DNA of 64,000 bases from an uncultured Gammaproteobacteria bacterium (lineage in GTDB: Bacteria > Patescibacteriota > Microgenomatia > Daviesbacterales > UBA10151): the NCBI GenBank assembly GCA_964649615.1, contig CAZYPW010000007.1, positions 8,734 through 72,733 on the forward strand. Direction: 5' to 3'. Positions 39,768 to 49,984 of the stretch are shown here, piece by piece; the stretch's first letter is position 1; each line of letters starts with the position of its first letter. A model generated the notes under the pieces. That model was not told the origin of the DNA. It was given only the letters and a program-made list of their open reading frames with translations, and did not search any database. Made by a program: the position numbers and the translations under genes.

Positions 39768-41138
39768 ATGCAACGTTCATTTGGGCCAATTAAATCTGAT
39801 CAGCCTTCTGTTCCATCAACTGGGGGGGACCTGCCTGCTGGCAGGCAGGATTTTTCACAAAAAGAAGCAGAACTGGCAAAACGCGAAGGCATTTTGGAAG
39901 AAAGAGAAAGGCAAATCTCAGAGAAAAATAAGACTCTGGATGATAAATTAGATCAAGTCGAAAAAGCTAGATTAGATCTCATAGAAAAGTTAGAAAAATC
40001 CTCCAAGATATCCTCAGATGAGGCAAAGAAAATTATTTTAGAACAAGTTGAGAAAGATTTAGCAACTGAAGTATCCAAAAAAATAAAAGAAGCAGAAGAA
40101 GAAATAAAACTCTCAGCTGATGAAAAAGCTAAAGAGATTTTAGCTGAAGCAATGCAGCATGGCTTTACTGATGTAATTTCAGAGTTTACTACTTCACGTA
40201 TTAATTTATCAGATGAAGAAGTAAAAGGTAGAATCATTGGCAAAGAAGGAAGAAATATTAGGACATTTGAACAAGCAACAGGGGTGGATGTAATCATGGA
40301 TGATGAAATCCCTAATAGTCTAATTATTTCTTCTTTTGATTCTGTCAGGAGGGAAATTGCCAAAGTTGCCTTAGAGCGGCTTATTGCGGATGGAAGAATT
40401 CAACCCCAAAGGATAGAAGAAATTGTTCAAAAAACGACTGAAGAATTTGAAAAAATTATGCTGCAAGCAGGCGAGAAACTTTGCAGCGATGGAGGAGTAT
40501 ATAATTTACCTGCTGATTTGGTGAAGCTTTTAGGCCGTTTTAAATATAGATTTTCTTTTGGCCAAAATTTAATACAGCATACTTTAGAAGAGTTAAGAAT
40601 TGGGGTAGCTTTGGCCAAGGAGATTGGGGCGGATGTTAATATAGTAAGATTGGGTTGTTTACTGCATGATATTGGGAAAGTGGTTACAGAAGGAGATGAA
40701 GGCACACATGTTGATAAAGGGGTTGCTGTTGCCAAGAAATTCCAGATGCCAGAGAAAGTGGTTAATTGTATTGCAGAACATCATGAAGATAAGCCTTTCT
40801 CTTCCATAGAATCTGTATTGGTATATATAGCTGATGCTATTTCTGGTGGTAGGCCTGGAGCCAGGCATGAGAATGTAGAAGATTACATCAAAAGAATGGT
40901 AGACTTGGAAAATATAGCCACCTCTTTTGAGGGTGTAGAAAAGTGCTTTGCAGTCCAAGCAGGAAGAGAAGTTAGAGTAATTGTGATGCCAGATAGAATT
41001 TCAGATGAGCAGTTGCCAAAGTTAGTGCATGATATTGCCCAGAGGATCTCTAAAGAAGTGATGGTTCCAGGTGCAGTTAAAATTACAGCTATAAGAGAGA
41101 CAAGAGTAACTGAGACAACTATGACCACTCCACAATAG
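39768..41138 (+). CDS. rny: Ribonuclease Y (no N-terminal TM helix)
   Basis: KGRIIGKEGRNIR KH motif, LLHDIGK HD motif, ADAISGGRPGAR, QAGREVRV. Confidence 0.97.
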   Translation: MQRSFGPIKSDQPSVPSTGGDLPAGRQDFSQKEAELAKREGILEERERQISEKNKTLDDKLDQVEKARLDLIEKLEKSSKISSDEAKKIILEQVEKDLATEVSKKIKEAEEEIKLSADEKAKEILAEAMQHGFTDVISEFTTSRINLSDEEVKGRIIGKEGRNIRTFEQATGVDVIMDDEIPNSLIISSFDSVRREIAKVALERLIADGRIQPQRIEEIVQKTTEEFEKIMLQAGEKLCSDGGVYNLPADLVKLLGRFKYRFSFGQNLIQHTLEELRIGVALAKEIGADVNIVRLGCLLHDIGKVVTEGDEGTHVDKGVAVAKKFQMPEKVVNCIAEHHEDKPFSSIESVLVYIADAISGGRPGARHENVEDYIKRMVDLENIATSFEGVEKCFAVQAGREVRVIVMPDRISDEQLPKLVHDIAQRISKEVMVPGAVKITAIRETRVTETTMTTPQ

Positions 41139-41139
41139 G

Positions 41140-42225
41140 ATGTTCAAAAAGGCTATTATCTACCCAACTTTAGTTTTTTTAGCTTGGCGTCTGATAATTT
41201 TTTTGTTTCAAATTTTTATTCAACCTCATTATCTAATTACTGCTGATTCTCTAACTTTAGAACAAAGATTATTCACTTCCTGGACTATTTACTGGGATGC
41301 TGGTCATTATCTAACTATTGCTACTTCTGGTTACCAATTTCCCCAACAAGCTTTTTTCCCGCTATGGCCATTATTAATTAAATTAGCAACACTGATGGGA
41401 TTTTCTTCTCAATGGGCAAGTTATCTGCTAACTCTGATATTAAGTTTTTGTAATTTTGTTCTACTTTATCTGTTGGCAGTTAAATTGGTCGGTAAGACAA
41501 AGGCACTTTGGGCAATAATTATTTTTAGTTGTTACCCTGCGACTGTTTTTTTGCATGCAGGATATAGTGAGAATTTATTTCTATTTTTCACGCTGTTTTC
41601 TTTTTTTCTTTTGGAAAATAAAAGATATTGGCTTTCAGCTATTGTGGGCGGGTTAAGTACTGCCACTAGAATGGTTGGTATTGCTACATCTTTATCCTTT
41701 TGGTTTATTAAGATATTTTTTGGCAAAAGATTATTAATGAGTTTTATGGGAATATCTGGCCTTTTATTATATATGGTATACCTCTATTTTAATTATGGAG
41801 ATTTTTGGTTTTTTATCAAAGGACAGCAAGCTTGGTGCGAAGCAGCTGGTCGTTGCCAGTTCACATTTCCTTTAGTGCCCCTTCTTTCATATGCACACTT
41901 GATGTTAATTGGTTGGGTTAAACCAAGTTTATCTCATTTATTTATAGACTGGATAAGTGCTGTAATTTTTCTGGCTTTTTTACCTATGGTTTGGAATAGC
42001 TTACCAAAGCACTATTTTATTTACTCTTTAGTAACATTAATAATGCCGCTTTTATCAGGGACCACTATTTCAATGACTAGGATGACCTTGATTGTCTTTC
42101 CATTTTTTTTAGTTTTACCACACTTTTTAAAAAGAAAGTGGTTGATGTTTGTTGTGTCGCTTATGTTGTTGTTACTGGAGTTAAGATTTGTAGCTCTTTT
42201 CACTGGCCGAATTTGGGTAGCTTAA
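41140..42225 (+). CDS. GT-C mannosyltransferase (PIG-V-like)
   Basis: WDAGHY..IATSGY, AFFPLWP, GYSENLF, SMTR; multi-TM. Confidence 0.8.
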   Translation: MFKKAIIYPTLVFLAWRLIIFLFQIFIQPHYLITADSLTLEQRLFTSWTIYWDAGHYLTIATSGYQFPQQAFFPLWPLLIKLATLMGFSSQWASYLLTLILSFCNFVLLYLLAVKLVGKTKALWAIIIFSCYPATVFLHAGYSENLFLFFTLFSFFLLENKRYWLSAIVGGLSTATRMVGIATSLSFWFIKIFFGKRLLMSFMGISGLLLYMVYLYFNYGDFWFFIKGQQAWCEAAGRCQFTFPLVPLLSYAHLMLIGWVKPSLSHLFIDWISAVIFLAFLPMVWNSLPKHYFIYSLVTLIMPLLSGTTISMTRMTLIVFPFFLVLPHFLKRKWLMFVVSLMLLLLELRFVALFTGRIWVA

Positions 42226-42283
42226 AAATACATTTTTGAAAAAGGGTCTTTACAAAGACCTAATCTTCTGATAATTTAGGACC

Positions 42284-42556
42284 ATGACAAAAAACGAGCT
42301 TATTGATAAGGTTGCTAAGAAAGCAAATCTTACCAAGTCTGCCTCCTCAGATGCAGTAAATCAGACCTTTGGATTAATAAGAGATTCTTTAGTCAGAGGA
42401 GAAAAAGTAATCATTACGGGTTTTGGAACTTTTTTAATTAGATCTAGGGCAGCTCGCCGGGGTAGAAATCCTCAAACTGGTGAGACGATTCAGATCCCTT
42501 CTAAAAAGCTTCCCTCCTTTACTGCGGGTAAAACTATCAAACGCCTAATTAAATAA
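42284..42556 (+). CDS. hup: HU family DNA-binding protein
   Basis: MTKNELI, GFGTF, GRNPQTGE. Confidence 0.96.
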   Translation: MTKNELIDKVAKKANLTKSASSDAVNQTFGLIRDSLVRGEKVIITGFGTFLIRSRAARRGRNPQTGETIQIPSKKLPSFTAGKTIKRLIK

Positions 42557-42583
42557 TTGTATTAACTAAGATATAATCCTCTT

Positions 42584-43558
42584 GTGAGCATAATCTCTGT
42601 TAGAAATCTGAAAAAATATTATACTGTACATCAGAAAGAACCTGGGCTTTGGGGATCTATTAAATCCTTATTTTCTAGAAAGTATTATGATGTGAAAGCT
42701 GTTGATGATATCTCCTTTGATATTAAAGAAGGAGAATTAATTGGGTTCATTGGTCCTAATGGTGCTGGGAAAACTACTACTTTAAAAGTATTATCTGGAT
42801 TGCTTTACCCCACATTAGGTGAAGTGAAAGTTTTAGGGTTTGAACCGTTTAAAAGACAACCACAATTTCAAAAACAGTTTTCTCTGGTAATGGGTCAGAA
42901 AAATCAGCTCTGGTGGGACTTACCTGCTATGGAAAGTTTTCTTTTAAATAAAGAAATTTATGACCTCTCAGAAAAAAAGTTTAAAAAAACTTTAGATGAA
43001 TTATCTGAATTATTAGATGTCAAAGATATTTTAAAAATACAGGTTAGGAAATTATCCTTAGGACAAAGAATGAAGTGTGAGCTAATTGCAGCCTTACTGC
43101 ACTCTCCAAAGGTTTTATTTTTGGATGAGCCAACAATAGGTTTGGATGTAGTGGCTCAAAAAGCTATGCGTGATTTTATTAAAGAATATAATCAAAAATT
43201 TAATGCCGCCATCATTTTAACTTCCCATTACATGGGAGATGTAAAAGAACTTTGTAAAAGAGTAATCATTATCAATGAAGGAAAGATTTTATATGATGGC
43301 CTTTTGGAAAAAATTGTTAATAAGTTTGCTCCTTTTAAAGTAATTAGGGTGGATTTTGAAAAAGAGGTTGGCATTAAAAAATTAACTGGTTTAGGAGAGG
43401 TTGAGGAATTGGATGGTAGCCATGCTAAGATTAGAATTAAGAAAAATCAAGTATCAGAGAAGGCAAGTGAGCTTTTATCTCAGTTCAAAGTAGCTGATTT
43501 AACAATAGAAGATCCGGCCATAGAGGATATTATTAGGGATATTTTCAACAAAGCCTGA
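42584..43558 (+). CDS. ABC transporter ATP-binding protein
   Basis: GPNGAGKTT, LSLGQRM, LFLDEPT, TSH. Confidence 0.96.
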   Translation: MSIISVRNLKKYYTVHQKEPGLWGSIKSLFSRKYYDVKAVDDISFDIKEGELIGFIGPNGAGKTTTLKVLSGLLYPTLGEVKVLGFEPFKRQPQFQKQFSLVMGQKNQLWWDLPAMESFLLNKEIYDLSEKKFKKTLDELSELLDVKDILKIQVRKLSLGQRMKCELIAALLHSPKVLFLDEPTIGLDVVAQKAMRDFIKEYNQKFNAAIILTSHYMGDVKELCKRVIIINEGKILYDGLLEKIVNKFAPFKVIRVDFEKEVGIKKLTGLGEVEELDGSHAKIRIKKNQVSEKASELLSQFKVADLTIEDPAIEDIIRDIFNKA

Positions 43559-43561
43559 TTC

Positions 43562-43601
43562 TTGACTGCTCTGCCCCTTTATATTAATGTATGGATACAT
43601 G
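43562..43601 (+). promoter_or_regulatory. Promoter with overlapping palindromic operator of the TrpR-like gene
   Basis: TTGACT (43562) -17- TAATGT (43585); ATGTAT-GG-ATACAT covers the -10, predicted TSS and ATG 43599. Confidence 0.65.
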
Positions 43602-43886
43602 TCGAAACCTTTAAAGGAAAAAAATATTCAAATTCCAGGTGATATTTTAAGAAAGTTGCTTACCCCCTCTGAAATTAGGATGTTAAAGAATCGCTTCCTG
43701 ATTCTTAATTTCCTAAAGGAAGGGTTATCTATTAGATCAATTGCAGAAAAGGTTAGAGTAGGAACAGATACAGTAGTAAGGACTATCAGGTTAATTGAAG
43801 AAGCAGGTTTAAGAAATAGAGGAAATTCTAAAACAAGAAAGATCAAATCGTCTATCCCTTGGATCTTTGGAAAAATAAATGAGTGA
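43599..43886 (+). CDS. TrpR/YerC-YecD-like HTH transcriptional regulator
   Basis: LLTPSEIRMLKNRFLILNFL...SIRSIAEKVRVGTDTVVR resembles TrpR-family LLTxxE...R and the HTH; start likely MSKPL (43599). Confidence 0.8.
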   Translation: MSKPLKEKNIQIPGDILRKLLTPSEIRMLKNRFLILNFLKEGLSIRSIAEKVRVGTDTVVRTIRLIEEAGLRNRGNSKTRKIKSSIPWIFGKINE

Positions 43887-44673
43887 TACTTTAGCAGTTT
43901 TTAAAATTGCCTGGCAGCAGCAATTAGTTTATAGGCTTAATTTTGTTCTTTGGAGAATGAGAACTATTCTACAATTTCTATTGGTTTATTTTATTTGGTG
44001 GACCATATTTCAATCTAATCATGAACTATTCGGATATAATGAATCATCTATTTTAACTTATATTTTGTTAGTTGTTTTGATAAGAGCATTAGTTTTGTCC
44101 TCTAGAGCAAATGATGTAATGAATAAAATAAATGATGGAAGCATCGCAAACTTTCTTCTTAAACCGATTAGTTTTATAAAATATTATTTTGCCCAAGATG
44201 TTGCAGATAAGCTAGCAAACAGTATGTTTATGATTTTTGAGTTGGGCTTAATAATAATTATTTTTAAACCTCAAATTATTATTCAAGAAAATATACTTAA
44301 TATTTTCTTGTTTATATCAGCCTTCTTACTGGGAACAATCCTGTGGTTTTGTATGAATATGATTATCGGTTTAATGGCATTTTGGGTGGAAAATTCCTGG
44401 GGACCATTTTTTCTGATAATGATTTTTATGGAAGGTTTAGGAGGTGGCTTATTCCCTATAGACATTCTGCCAAAATATTTTTTTAATTTTCTAATGCTAA
44501 CTCCATTCCCCTACATAATATATTTTCCTGCCAAGGTATATCTAGGTGGTTTTCAAAGTAATGATCTATTAATCTATTTTTCAATTTTAATCTTATGGAC
44601 TGTTACTCTTTGGATATTAATGAATAGGATATTAAAAATGGGACTTAAACATTACACATCTGGGGGTAATTGA
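43879..44673 (+). CDS. ABC-2 family transporter permease (DUF990-like)
   Basis: QLVYRLNF, INDGSIANFLLKP, GGLFPIDILP, YFPAKVYLG. Confidence 0.87.
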   Translation: MSDTLAVFKIAWQQQLVYRLNFVLWRMRTILQFLLVYFIWWTIFQSNHELFGYNESSILTYILLVVLIRALVLSSRANDVMNKINDGSIANFLLKPISFIKYYFAQDVADKLANSMFMIFELGLIIIIFKPQIIIQENILNIFLFISAFLLGTILWFCMNMIIGLMAFWVENSWGPFFLIMIFMEGLGGGLFPIDILPKYFFNFLMLTPFPYIIYFPAKVYLGGFQSNDLLIYFSILILWTVTLWILMNRILKMGLKHYTSGGN

Positions 44674-44674
44674 T

Positions 44675-45460
44675 ATGTTAAAAAAGTATTTAAAAATTTG
44701 GTGGATTTATGCAATAAATTCTTTTCAAAGCCAATTTGCAGTCAGATGGGCTCTTTTGGTATTCCTAATAGGTAAAATCTTAAGATTTAGCTTATTTACC
44801 CTTTTTATAATTATACTTTTACAAAAGACAAATGTTTTAGCTGGATATACGCTAAATCAAACCATGCTCTTTTTTCTTTCTTTTAATCTAGTAGATATTT
44901 TAACTCAACTTGTTTTTAGAGAAGTTTATAGATTTAGATCACAGATAGTTTTTGGAAATTTTGATTTCTCTTTAAGCAAACCAATAAATCCTTTATTCAA
45001 ATCACTTTTTGGCGGACCAGATATTTTAGATTTTTTTACCCTGATTCCTCTTATATTTGCCATTTTTTATTTTATTAGTCAAATGGGCATGATGGATTTA
45101 TTCTCAATTATGCTATATCTTTTACTAATTATTGTTGCCTTTGTGATCTCTCTTTCCTTTCATATTTTAGTTTTATCTTTGGCAATTCTGACAACAGAGA
45201 TAGACCATACAATCATGTTATATAGGGATATAGCAGCTATGGGTAGGATGCCGATTGATATTTACAAAGAACCAATTAGGGGATTACTAACTTTTGTTAT
45301 TCCAGTTGGAATAATGATGTCTTATCCCACCAAAGCCTTACTGGGTGTTCTATCCCCTGTTTTTATAATTTATGCTTTTATATTTGCAGTATCTTTTTTA
45401 CTCTTATCTTTAAAAGTATGGAACTATGCTTTAAAAAAGTATTCTTCAGCCAGCAGTTGA
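44675..45460 (+). CDS. ABC-2 family transporter permease (DUF990-like)
   Basis: GNFDFSLSKP, GRMPIDIY, TFVIP, YSSASS. Confidence 0.87.
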   Translation: MLKKYLKIWWIYAINSFQSQFAVRWALLVFLIGKILRFSLFTLFIIILLQKTNVLAGYTLNQTMLFFLSFNLVDILTQLVFREVYRFRSQIVFGNFDFSLSKPINPLFKSLFGGPDILDFFTLIPLIFAIFYFISQMGMMDLFSIMLYLLLIIVAFVISLSFHILVLSLAILTTEIDHTIMLYRDIAAMGRMPIDIYKEPIRGLLTFVIPVGIMMSYPTKALLGVLSPVFIIYAFIFAVSFLLLSLKVWNYALKKYSSASS

Positions 45461-45464
45461 GCTT

Positions 45465-46688
45465 TTAAAAAGGATTTTTGGTTAAGTTAGTATAAAAAAA
45501 TAGCATCATAAAATCTTTTGGTAAATGAATTGCAATCAAAAAAGGATAGATCAGAGCAAAACCCAAGCTAAGGATGATAATAAACAAAAATATTTTCCAT
45601 TTATCTTTAGGATAGATAATTTCTTTACTTATTTGATGTCCTAAAGCTAAACATAAAAAAGGAATTGAAGCAGAAAAATGGTATAGAAACATTATCCGGG
45701 GAGAGGCCAGCCAGGGTAACCAAAAAGCAAAAAATCCCAAACTTAAGATAAACAAATTTACTGATTTTTTACGTATGGTCTCCCAGAGGGTCAGCAGAAT
45801 AGAAACAAAGCCTAACCAGAGCAAGATTGGGTTTCCTGATGAGAAAATATTAGCGATCAAATTATTTTGGTAATCAACGAAGTACCAAACAGGATATAAA
45901 TTAAAAGGCCATGACCAGGCAGGGGAAGCATAATCATGGGCAGCTTTAAGGTTGGTATGATACCACCACATCTGTTTGTGCAAATCTATGAATTGATTAA
46001 AGTTGTGGCCTAAGATAAAAAATGGGCCATAGGTTAAAAAATAAATTAAAGTAGGAATAATGATTAGTATAATTAACTGTTTGAAGAGCCTTCTCTGCAT
46101 GAGAAGTGGCATATAAATAATGTAGGTATATAAAGCTGCCCATTTGCTTGATAGTGATAGACCAAGCATTATAGCTGATAAAAGAAATTTTTTGTTTAAG
46201 AAAAAATACAGGCTTAAAAGCATAAAAGTAATATAATAAATATCATTCATTCCAATTCTGGATTGAACAAAATTTAAGCCATCAATTGAGAAAGCAAAAG
46301 CAGCAATTAAAGAGGCAACTTCACTTTTCAGCAATTTTTTTCCTAAAAGATATACCAAATATACAGAGAATATTCCTAATGCAGTTCCCGGTAATCTCCA
46401 AGCCCAGCCTTCTTGAGAATTTAGCAGCAGCATAGAGACTGCCATGATTTCTTTAGCCAATGGGGGATGTGTCCACTCATAGGCAACTCCTGGAGGTGGA
46501 GTAGTCCACCACTCCCAGGCTTCGATATTTCCTTTTAAAAATTCCTGTGCCGTAAATGCATGATAAACTTCATCAAAAACAAATTTATTAGGAAAATCTA
46601 ATCTGGTAACTCTTAATAAAGTTGTAAAAAATAGGATTAATATTAAAAGGTGCTTAGGTTTTTTAAGTATTCTAATTATCCTTAGCAT
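45465..46688 (-). CDS. Protein O-mannosyltransferase (PMT/GT39)-like
   Basis: FVFDEVYH, HPPLAK, QSRIGMND, HDYASPAWSWP, MFLYH. Confidence 0.88.
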   Translation of the reverse strand: MLRIIRILKKPKHLLILILFFTTLLRVTRLDFPNKFVFDEVYHAFTAQEFLKGNIEAWEWWTTPPPGVAYEWTHPPLAKEIMAVSMLLLNSQEGWAWRLPGTALGIFSVYLVYLLGKKLLKSEVASLIAAFAFSIDGLNFVQSRIGMNDIYYITFMLLSLYFFLNKKFLLSAIMLGLSLSSKWAALYTYIIYMPLLMQRRLFKQLIILIIIPTLIYFLTYGPFFILGHNFNQFIDLHKQMWWYHTNLKAAHDYASPAWSWPFNLYPVWYFVDYQNNLIANIFSSGNPILLWLGFVSILLTLWETIRKKSVNLFILSLGFFAFWLPWLASPRIMFLYHFSASIPFLCLALGHQISKEIIYPKDKWKIFLFIIILSLGFALIYPFLIAIHLPKDFMMLFFYTNLTKNPF

Positions 46689-47880
46689 ATTTTAGATAAT
46701 AAATATAGAAAAACATAAATCCAAGGAAAACGATTAATGACATATATGAAAATAGATTGGAAGAAAGTAAATTATTAAACGGTAAATTGGTTATTCCTAC
46801 ACTATTATTGTAATAAGAGTAAGGTAAATATAGATTTAATAAAAACACTAATGAAAAAAATATATAAAAGCCTATTAAAACTTTAGATTTTAATGTCATA
46901 GCTGATAGTAATAAAAATGGAAAGAAATATGAAAAATATCGTTCATGCATTCTAGTAAGAAACATAAAAAATGCTAGCATAGAAATAGAGATTGTAAGAT
47001 ATAAAATATTACCTTTTATTTTGTTCAGGCTAAAAATTATAATTAGAAAAATTGATGTTAGCAGGAATCCCCAAGTTAACATTGGAATACCTAAAAATAA
47101 ATTTGCGTCATTTTGCCAATTACCGATAATACCCCAAAAATTTAAAGCGTTACAGGAAGTGCAATTAAATAATTTAGTAGAGCCATAATTTACATAATAT
47201 ATTCCATAAAGAGGATTGCTTGGAAAGAATGGTAAGTAGACTATAAGTGTGATTAATATAAATGCTAAAAGTGAGTATCCCCATTGTATTGGTTTAAAAT
47301 ACTTAATAAAATAAAAAATTAAAAATGGTGCCAATTCTAACGATTGGGGTTTGACAATCCAGGCGACAGAGAAAAGGATTGAACCTACAATAGGAGATTT
47401 TTTAATAAATATAGAATAAATACTTAAGAGCAAAAAAAAGATTGCCACACCATCATATTGACCCCAGATTGCAGAATTAAAAGAGAGTCCTGGATTAAAA
47501 ATGTATAATGCTGTAGCAATATAAGCTAATCTTTCATTTAGTTCTTTTCTTACTATTTTATAAATTATAAATCCTGTTGATATATCAGCTAAATTAGCAG
47601 CAAGTTTTAGTAAGAGATCTAGATTGATGGTAAAAGGCAAACTTGAAAGGATTGAATTTTTAATTAGCCCAATAAACCAAAAGAAATAAAGTATTCCAAG
47701 TGGATTATTAGTAAATATATCAGGAGAATAAAAATTAGCAGGACCACCACTCGCTAATCTTGCAGTCCAAAATCTAAAAGCACTTTGATCAGCCTCAAAA
47801 GCTGGAAGAAAGGATAATAATAATCTTATAATTAATCCAATGATCAAAATCCAATATATAATAGCAATATTTTTATTCAT
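46672..47880 (-). CDS. GT-C fold membrane glycosyltransferase (GT87/PIG-M-like)
   Basis: SAIWGQYD, KPQ, NALNFW, TRMHERY; multi-TM. Confidence 0.75.
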   Translation of the reverse strand: MNKNIAIIYWILIIGLIIRLLLSFLPAFEADQSAFRFWTARLASGGPANFYSPDIFTNNPLGILYFFWFIGLIKNSILSSLPFTINLDLLLKLAANLADISTGFIIYKIVRKELNERLAYIATALYIFNPGLSFNSAIWGQYDGVAIFFLLLSIYSIFIKKSPIVGSILFSVAWIVKPQSLELAPFLIFYFIKYFKPIQWGYSLLAFILITLIVYLPFFPSNPLYGIYYVNYGSTKLFNCTSCNALNFWGIIGNWQNDANLFLGIPMLTWGFLLTSIFLIIIFSLNKIKGNILYLTISISMLAFFMFLTRMHERYFSYFFPFLLLSAMTLKSKVLIGFYIFFSLVFLLNLYLPYSYYNNSVGITNLPFNNLLSSNLFSYMSLIVFLGFMFFYIYYLKYAKDN

Positions 47881-49024
47881 CCTGACATTCTTAGTATACT
47901 TGATTTCTCATAGAGGAGAAGGTGCTCACTGGAACCACTACATCTACCTTGCCGGTGCTTTTTTACAAGGACATCTGTATGTGCCAAATATCCTCACGGA
48001 ATTAATACCCTGGGGTAATAACTATTATGTAGTTTATCCTCCCATGCCAGCAATATTATTGATGCCTTTTGTTTTTATATTTGGTACTGATTTTCATCAG
48101 CCAATATTATCAATAGCACTGGGAGCAATTAATGCCGTATTAGCCTACTTAGTCTTGTTAAAATTTTTTAAGGATACTAAACTTTCTTTATGGATAAGTA
48201 TTTTATATGCATTTGGAACAATACAGTGGTATCATGCTGAGGTAGGTTCTTCCTGGTATATTGCACATATAGTTGCTTTATTTTTTTTGTGGCTAAGTCT
48301 GTTAGAACTCGTAACAAAGCAAAGACTCTTTCTGATAGGCCTATTTATTGGAGGAGCATATCTGGCCCGACTCCCAACTATTTTAGCAGTTATATTTGTT
48401 TTAATTTTTCTGAAAGAAGAATTCTTAGTTGGAAAAAGAATTAAGCAGATTAATATTAAGAATCTTTTTCTTTTCATTTTGGGATTATTGCCAGCACTTG
48501 TTATTAATGGTATGTATAATTTTTTACGTTTTGGCAAATTCTATGATTATGGTTATACTCTTTATCTAAACTCACAATCTTTAGCTATTAAAGAATTAAT
48601 TTTCCCATATGGCTTTTTTAGTATTTACTATATTCCTGATAGGATAAAAGACATTTTTTATTCGTTCCCCACTTTTACTGCTCAGCCCCCATTTGTTATT
48701 CCTTCCTTATATGCGATGGCTCTATATATTGTCACCCCGGCCTTTTTTTTAATCCTATTTGCTTCTTTTAAAAATAGATTAGTTTATTCTTCGCTGGTTT
48801 CAATTTTAATTATGTCTATTCCTATTCTAGTGAAAGGCGGTAATGGTTTTACTCAATTTGGTTTTCGCTATAGTTTAGATTTTCTCCCCTTTTTATTAAT
48901 ACTGACTGCGAGTGGATTAGAAAACAGATTTAATATCTACTCTAAATTGTTGATAGTTTTAAGTATTTTAATAAATCTTTGGGGAGTTCTAATGATTAGC
49001 TTTTTAAATATTTGGGTAATTTAA
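47840..49024 (+). CDS. GT-C-like multi-pass membrane protein
   Basis: YVVYPPMPA, YNFLRFG, QFGFRYSLDF; many TM segments. Confidence 0.7.
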   Translation: MIKIQYIIAIFLFILTFLVYLISHRGEGAHWNHYIYLAGAFLQGHLYVPNILTELIPWGNNYYVVYPPMPAILLMPFVFIFGTDFHQPILSIALGAINAVLAYLVLLKFFKDTKLSLWISILYAFGTIQWYHAEVGSSWYIAHIVALFFLWLSLLELVTKQRLFLIGLFIGGAYLARLPTILAVIFVLIFLKEEFLVGKRIKQINIKNLFLFILGLLPALVINGMYNFLRFGKFYDYGYTLYLNSQSLAIKELIFPYGFFSIYYIPDRIKDIFYSFPTFTAQPPFVIPSLYAMALYIVTPAFFLILFASFKNRLVYSSLVSILIMSIPILVKGGNGFTQFGFRYSLDFLPFLLILTASGLENRFNIYSKLLIVLSILINLWGVLMISFLNIWVI

Positions 49025-49984
49025 ATGAAAAAAGCACTTGTTATTTTAGGGCCAACTTCAACAGGTAAGACTGATGTAGCTTTGAATTTAGCCAAAAAAT
49101 TTAATGGAGAACTAATATCTTGTGATTCAAGACAAGTCTATAAGAATTTAGATATTGGCACAGGAAAACTGCCCACCAAAAAAGTAGATATTGAGAAGCA
49201 TGACAAATTTTGGGTTTTAGATGGGGTCAAAATCTGGATGTATGATGTAATAAGCCCAAAAAAACAATACACAATTTTTAATTATCTAACTGATGCCCAA
49301 AAAATCATTGATGAGATTTATCAAAAGGGAAAGCTACCTATTATAGTAGGAGGTAGCGGATTATATCTTAAAGCTTTACTTAAGGGACTGGCAAATTTAG
49401 AAATCCCAGTAGATAGAAAACTGCGTAAAGAATTAGAAAGTTTAACATTAGAACAATTACAAGGTAAACTGAAAGTCCTCTCTTTAGCTAAATGGAAATT
49501 ATTGAATCGATCAGACCAGCAAAATTCAAGAAGGTTAATCAGGGCAATAGAATTAATTATGTTGTCTCCCTTTAAGAAAAAAAACACCTTTTCTAAAGGG
49601 TTAGCTGCTAAGTATCACGTTCTAAAAATTGGTTTAACTGCATCAAAGGAATATCTTTATAAGCGGGTTGATCAAAGAGTCATTTTAAGGATAAAGGCAG
49701 GAATGATTGAAGAAGCAAAGCAGTTACAAAAAAATGGTTTAAGTTTAAAAAGGATGAGAAAACTTGGGTTGGAGTATGGTGTATTAGCCGATTATTTAGA
49801 AGGAAATATTACAACTGTCAAGGAACTGGAAACCACCTTGCAAAATAAAATCCATAAGTATGTTAGAAGGCAGCAAACCTGGTATAAAAAAGAAACGGGG
49901 GTAATTTGGTTTAATATTACTGAGGCAGAAACTTTGGATAAATTGGAAAAAAGAGTTTATAGATGGTATCATGAGCTAAAGTGA
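49025..49984 (+). CDS. miaA: tRNA dimethylallyltransferase
   Basis: GPTSTGKT, SCDSRQVY..LDIGTGK, VGGSGLY, RRQQTW. Confidence 0.97.
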   Translation: MKKALVILGPTSTGKTDVALNLAKKFNGELISCDSRQVYKNLDIGTGKLPTKKVDIEKHDKFWVLDGVKIWMYDVISPKKQYTIFNYLTDAQKIIDEIYQKGKLPIIVGGSGLYLKALLKGLANLEIPVDRKLRKELESLTLEQLQGKLKVLSLAKWKLLNRSDQQNSRRLIRAIELIMLSPFKKKNTFSKGLAAKYHVLKIGLTASKEYLYKRVDQRVILRIKAGMIEEAKQLQKNGLSLKRMRKLGLEYGVLADYLEGNITTVKELETTLQNKIHKYVRRQQTWYKKETGVIWFNITEAETLDKLEKRVYRWYHELK

